The position numbers were made by a program, and so were the translations under genes. Shown here piece by piece: positions 58,425 to 64,000 of a DNA stretch of 64,000 nucleotides (its first letter is position 1; every line of letters begins with the position of its first letter). Source of the stretch: Stegostoma tigrinum (taxonomy: Eukaryota). The notes under the pieces were generated by a model. That model did not search any database. It was not told the origin of the DNA and saw only the letters and a list, made by a program, of their open reading frames with translations. The stretch covers positions 23,244,647 to 23,308,646 of the forward strand of contig NC_081387.1 in NCBI RefSeq assembly GCF_030684315.1. The letters are read 5' to 3'.

Positions 58425-61400
58425 AGCTTTTGTGCTCCTGAGATGCTGCTTGGCCTGCTGTGTTCATCCAGCCTTACATTTTATTATCTTGGAATCTCCA
58501 GCATCTGCAGTTCCCATTATCTTTAACACAGCGAGTAGTGTGCTGCCTGGAAATGTGGTGGAGGCAGGTTCAGTTGGGGAATTGGGGAGAGTATGGGATG
58601 GTGTTTAGGATGGTAATGGTGTGCAGGGATATGGGGAAAAGGCAGGAGATTGGCCCTAGATCATCGACCCAGACACAATGTTGGAGATGTCAGTGTGAAG
58701 ACTGGGTTAATATCTCTGACCAGTTCAAACTGGCCTCAGGAACCAACATGAATCAGAGTAAGAACGAGGGCCATGTTCTTTGGAAACTGCCTGAGAGATC
58801 CTTGTTCCCTTCACTGTCAGGGCAGATTGCTTAAATGTGCAGGGAATTTTATTCCAAGAGACCAGGGTGTTTGCTAAAACTGGGAATGAGTCGCTCTGGA
58901 CAAAGTGAAACAGAGTGTGTGAAAGGAACACTCCCTCTCGGTTGTGGGTAAGAAGCTGGTCATTATGTGTGGTGTGGTCTCAGTGTTGTGCCCTTACAGC
59001 AGCTCCGGGCCGCTCCTCACTCCCACATCACCGCCATCACCCAGGCTGCTGTCCTTTTGACTGGGAGGACACAGATGCACTGTGTTCACTGGGATATGAT
59101 GTACAAACCTATTGATAAAGGGGGGAACAATGGGCCCAACATCCTCTGTTCATGCTCATGTACGGCCTCCAACATGGACTCTTAGCTTGTTAAACAGCTT
59201 TTTGTATATGACCCCATCAAATGCCTCCTGGAAATCCAAATATATTACATATTACCCCCCCCCCCCCCTTTATCTATCCTGCCTGTTACCTGTGCAAAGA
59301 ATTCCTGTACATTTCACAGGCATGATTCCAGCTTGATGAAGCCATGCTGATTCTGATTGGCCATACTGTGTATTTCTAAAAACTCTGATACTACGTCCTT
59401 TCTAACAGATTCTACCAGTATCCCAAAAGCAAATGTTCAGTTAATTGATCTATAATATGTTTTTTAGCTTTCTGCCTTTTTTGAACAAGAACATTCTTTG
59501 ACAGTTTTCTGCCTCTCTGTACTTCTTCAGAATCAAAGAATTCCTGGAAGATGTGCATCCCCTGTCGTTGTGACGTATTCTTTTAATATTCTAAGATGCA
59601 TCCTGTCACATCCATGGTACTTATCAGCTTCTAGTGCCATGAGTTTCCTCTCATGATCGTTACTGTATTTATTCCTTTCTTCCTTTTACCCCTTGTATAT
59701 TTAGTCACTTTGGATGCTAATAATGTCTTCCTGTCTGAGGACTGATGCTAAGTTTTTCTTCAGCTTGCCTGCTTTTTCCTCGTTCTCAATTTTTTGTCCC
59801 CATCCTCATTCTCTCAGGGCCCGATGTTTGCCTTGGCCACTCCCCTCTGTTTTATATATTTAGAGAAGCTTTTGCTGTCCATCATGGTATAACTTTCAAT
59901 TTCACCCGGAAAGTTTATTTTTCTCTGTCTTTATTTTGTATCAACCATTTTTAGTTGAAGTTTAAACATTTTCCAATTATCTGGCCTGATGTTTGCTGCA
60001 TTGTATGTTTTTCTTTGAATTGATGTTTAATTTCTCTTTCCGAGAATCCTTTCTGATTGATTGATTGGTTTATTTTCACATGCACCGAAGTACAGTGAAA
60101 AGTTTTGTGTCCGAGCAGTACAGGTAGACAATATGCTTTCAATGGTGCATCTGTAGAAGTTGGTGGACGACCTTATGGACATCCCAAATTTCCTGACCCG
60201 CCTGAGGAAGAAGAGGGTTGTTGTGCATTTTTGTCCGTGGCATCTATATGGGGAGACCTGCACAGGTCATCGGTTGATAGAATGCCGAGAGTGTGGAAAC
60301 AAGTCCTATGGCCCAACAAGTCCCCACCGACCCTCAGAGCATCCACCCAGAGCCATCCCCTTATAACCCACATAATCTACACATCGCTGAGCACGAAGGA
60401 CAATTTAACATGGCTGATCCACCGAGCCTGCACAATTTGGGCTGTGGGAGGGAACCGCAGCACCTGGAGGAAACCCACGCAGACACAGGGAGAATGTGCA
60501 AACTCTACACAGACAGTTGTCCCAGGGTGGAGTTGAACCCGGGCCCCTGGCACTGTGAGGCAGCAGTGCTAACCACTGAGCCACTCCTCGGAACTTGATG
60601 CTTTCCGCCCTCTCAACCTCAGCTCCGTTGCTGCAGACTGGGGCATGTTCTCTTTTCTTCCTGAAGTCAATGATCAGGCAGTTTCTAAATGAGACATATC
60701 TTTGCTGCACCCATGAACTATTCTCTTCAACTGCCTACCACATTTCCTCAATTGTCTTTGCTGTTAAACTCCTTTCCCACACCAGCCTCGTGAACTCTGC
60801 CTTCATTCTTTCATAATCATACTTATTTAAGCTTAATACTTCTGATTCCAATGCAACTTGCTCCTTGTCAAACAGAATGCTACATTTTATGATATTATGG
60901 TCACTGTTTCCTTGGAGATATTTTACTCTGCCATCGTTTATTCAACCTGCCTCTTTACATGTCACCACCTCTTAAAAATAAACCCTGATGCCTGGTTGGA
61001 TCCAGAACATATTGTCCATCTTCCCTGGACTTACCTATCCCTTCACCTATACTCTCATCTCCACCTATCTTCTTTTCTCTCCATCTTCAGTCAGCGTCCC
61101 CTTCTCTCCCTATTTATTCCAGTTCCCTCTCCCCATCCCCCTCTCTGATGAAGGATCTAGGCCCGAAACGTCAGCTTTTGTGCTCCTGAGATGCTGCTTG
61201 GCCTGCTGTGTTCATCCAGCCTCACACTTTGTTATCTTGGATTCTCCAGCATCTGCAGTTCCCATTATCGCTTGAGGAAACTGCCCTGAGTCCTTTTTCA
61301 TGCCAATCTCTGCCAATCTCACATCACATTCAAATGATGATTAAAGTCATCCATGATTACTGTACTTTGTTACATGAGCTCAGTATCTCCGAATGTTCTC

Positions 61401-63454
61401 TGTCCTACCATGCAGCTACTTCTCTGGGAGCTACAGATTACTCCGATCAGAGTTTTCATCCTGTGTTTATTGCGTGCTCATGGATTCTACATTTTCTGAT
61501 CCAAGGTCATTTCTTGCTATTGTGCTTATCCCATTCTGGAAAAACATTATTACCCCATCACCTTTTTCTTCCTGCTTACCCTTTTGAAAAGTCACATACA
61601 CTTGAATATTTAGTTACCATGGTACCATGCGGTTAAGTTTGGTTTAGCTCAGTTCACTAGACGTTTGGTTTGTAAAACAGTGTGATGCTAACATTGCGGG
61701 TGCAATCCCTGCCCTGGCTGAGGTTACCCTGAAGGACTCTCCTTCTCAACCCTTCCCCTTGCCTGAGGTGTGGGTGCCTGCAGCTTAAATCACCACCAGT
61801 AGCTCTGTCTCATGAGAAAGCAGCCGGATGGTCTGGTAAGACTGTGGCAACTGGAGGTAGTATATCGGCATGAGTAGAGAATTGGCCCATGAGCAGGAAG
61901 CAGTCAGTGGGGATAAGGGACCCTTTTTCAGGTTGGTGACCTGTGACCAGTGGAATTCCACAAGGTTCAGTGCTGGGATCACAGCAGTGTATGATCGATA
62001 TCAATGACTTGGAGGCAGGAAGCAAGTTTACTGTAGCCAAGTGTGCAAATGACACGAAGAAAGATGGAAAGGCAATTTGTGAGAGGGATATAAACAGTTT
62101 ATAGAGAGATGTTGGTAAGTTAAGCAAATGAGCAAAGAGCTGGCAAATGCAGTATCATGTGGGAAGAGGTGAAGCTGTGCATTTTGGAAGGGATAACAAG
62201 AGAACAGAGTATTGTTTCAATGGAGGAAAACTGCAGAAAGCTGCAACACGAAAGGGACTTGTGCACGAAATGCGAAAAGCTAGCAAACAGGTACAGCAGG
62301 TAATCAGGAAGGACCACAGTCCAAAGATGTGCATGTTCAGTGGATTTGCTACATTAAGTTGACTATCATGTCCAGGGATCTGCAGGCGAGGTGTATCAGC
62401 CATGAGATGTGCAGAGTTAGGAGAATAGGGTAGTGGGTTGTGTTTGGGTCAGTGCAGACTCGATGGGTGGAATGGCCTCTTGTGCACTGCAGGGTTCTGT
62501 GATTTTTCCTGTCTATTATTGGCCTTACTTAAGTTGATGACACTGGGTTGAGAATGGAGCTGCTGGCCTTCAAACTGAATTTGAAATTTTACCACATTAT
62601 GCTCACAAGCTCATATTCATTGATTTCCATTGACACAGTCAGTTCATCTATCTTGTTTAAAATGCTGCATGCTCTCAGATGAAGAGCTCTGAACATTGAC
62701 TTTCCACCATTTCTATATATTCTGCTTTTGTTTCTGCTACACTATTAGAGCCAAGAGTAATGATTAGGCCCTTCAGCCCATTGAGGCTGCATCAAACAAA
62801 TTAAATCACCGAACTACACTGATCTCACTTTGCAGCACTTGGCCCAAAGTCGGGAATGTTAGACATTGGAAGTGCTTATCCATGTATTTTTAAAGGTTCT
62901 GCCAATCCTCTCAGTCAGCTCATTCCAGATTCCCACATCCTGTGGGTGAAAAATATTTTCCTCAGATTCCCCCTAAACCTCCTGCTCTTCTTCTTAAAAT
63001 TATGTCCCTTCAATATTGACCCTTCAACTGAGGGCAACAGTCATTTCCCATCTACCCTGTCCATGCCCCTCATAATCTTACCCTCCTCAATCATGCTCCC
63101 CGCCCGCCCCCCCAGCCCCCACCTCAGCCTTCTCTTCTCCAAAGGAAACAACCTGAGCCTTAGGGCCACATGGTGTCTCAGTGGTTAGCACTGCAGCCTC
63201 ACAGCGCCAGGGACCCGGGTTCAATTCCAGCCTCGGGTGACTGTCTGTGTGGAGTTTGCACATTCTCCCCGTGTCTATGTGGGTTTCCTCCAGGTGCTCT
63301 GGATTCCTCCCACAGTCCAAAGATGTGCAGGCTAGGTGGATTGGCCATGCTAAATTGCCCGTAGTGTTCAGCGGTGTGTGGGTTGTAGGGGGATGGGTCT
63401 GGGTGGGATTCTCCAAGGGGCGGTATGGACTTGTTGGGCCGAAGGGCCTGTTTC

Positions 63455-64000
63455 AAGGTAAGCTTCTCTGTTTTTTTACTTTCTGTTTGGGGGATTAGCA
63501 GGGATGGCAGTGCAGGTAGAGGACTGTTCCTCCTGCATGATGTATGAGGTGAGGGACGCCATTAGTGTCCCATCCAAATACGTCTACAGGAAGTGCACCC
63601 AACTCTTGCTCCTCCAAGACGGCGTTAGGGAACTGGAGCGGGAGCTGGATGAACTTCGGATCATTCGGGAGGCAGAGTCAGTGATAGGCAAGAGTTAGAG
63701 GGAAGTAGTTACTCCTAAGCGTGAAGAAAGCTGGGTAACTGTTAGAAGGGGGAAGAAGCAGTCAGTGCAGGGATCCCCTGTGGTCATTCCCCTGAAAAAC
63801 AAGATTCCCGCTTTGGATACTGTTGGCGGGGACGACTTACCAGGGGCATGCAGTGGGGTGCAGGTCTCTGGCACAGAGTTTGTCCCTCTTGCACAGAAGA
63901 GAAGGGGGGATAGGAAGAGAGTGATTGTCAATGGGGACTCAATAGTCAGAGGGACTTACAGAAGGTTTGCCGGGAACGAAAGAGACTCACGGTTGGTGTG
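63455..64000 (+). mobile_element. CR1 ORF1 5' part (duplicate of 38414-38958)
   Basis: MAVQVEDCSSC...; near-identical to copy A. Confidence 0.9.

Larger units (their letters stand above)
53098..58520 (+). mobile_element. Penelope-like (Neptune-type) element 2 with 2.33-kb inverted arms (53098-55425 / 56159-58486)
   Basis: TSD ctttaacacagcgagt at 53082-53097 and 58521-58536; empty site at 31992-32007; HHR cores at 53160-53187 (-) and 58397-58424 (+). Confidence 0.95.
52285..64000 (+). repeat. Segmental duplication, copy B (runs off the window end)
   Basis: Colinear with 31345-38958, plus two Penelope insertions, and lacking about 32175-32668 and about 35597-36592 of copy A. Confidence 0.95.

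Noticed and set aside
1205-63454. tRNA genes suggested by A/B boxes
   Set aside because: All are SINE heads followed by SINE bodies and LINE-like tails, with no complete cloverleaf.

Overview
Eukaryotic DNA, almost certainly from a cartilaginous fish (shark), judged from HE1-type SINEs and HER1/CR1 LINEs. The only host protein-coding gene I can support is an intact, intron-split butyrophilin-like gene on the + strand (2424-25854): IgV, IgC, TM, three juxtamembrane micro-exons and a B30.2/PRY-SPRY exon. Its leader exon was not found and probably lies upstream of the window. The rest is dense retrotransposon sequence: CR1/HER1 LINEs, an ORF1-less APE-RT LINE with a tRNA-like head and its bipartite SINE derivatives, HE1 SINEs, and Penelope-like (Neptune-type, RT + GIY-YIG) elements. 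The Penelope-like elements occur as inverted-arm insertions with target-site duplications (TSDs) and carry minimal hammerhead-ribozyme (HHR) motifs. From about 31.3 kb a block starting with an IRF/ETS-motif promoter and a short first exon is duplicated at about 52.3 kb; the second copy has gained two Penelope insertions. Main leads: (1) a sense-strand HHR motif about 370 nt after the butyrophilin stop codon, before any canonical poly(A) signal; (2) a size series of inverted Penelope insertions (0.14-5.4 kb) with one shared end architecture; (3) a 2.3-kb near-perfect hairpin just downstream of a candidate interferon-responsive promoter. Coordinates were read by eye; boundaries of decayed repeats are approximate.
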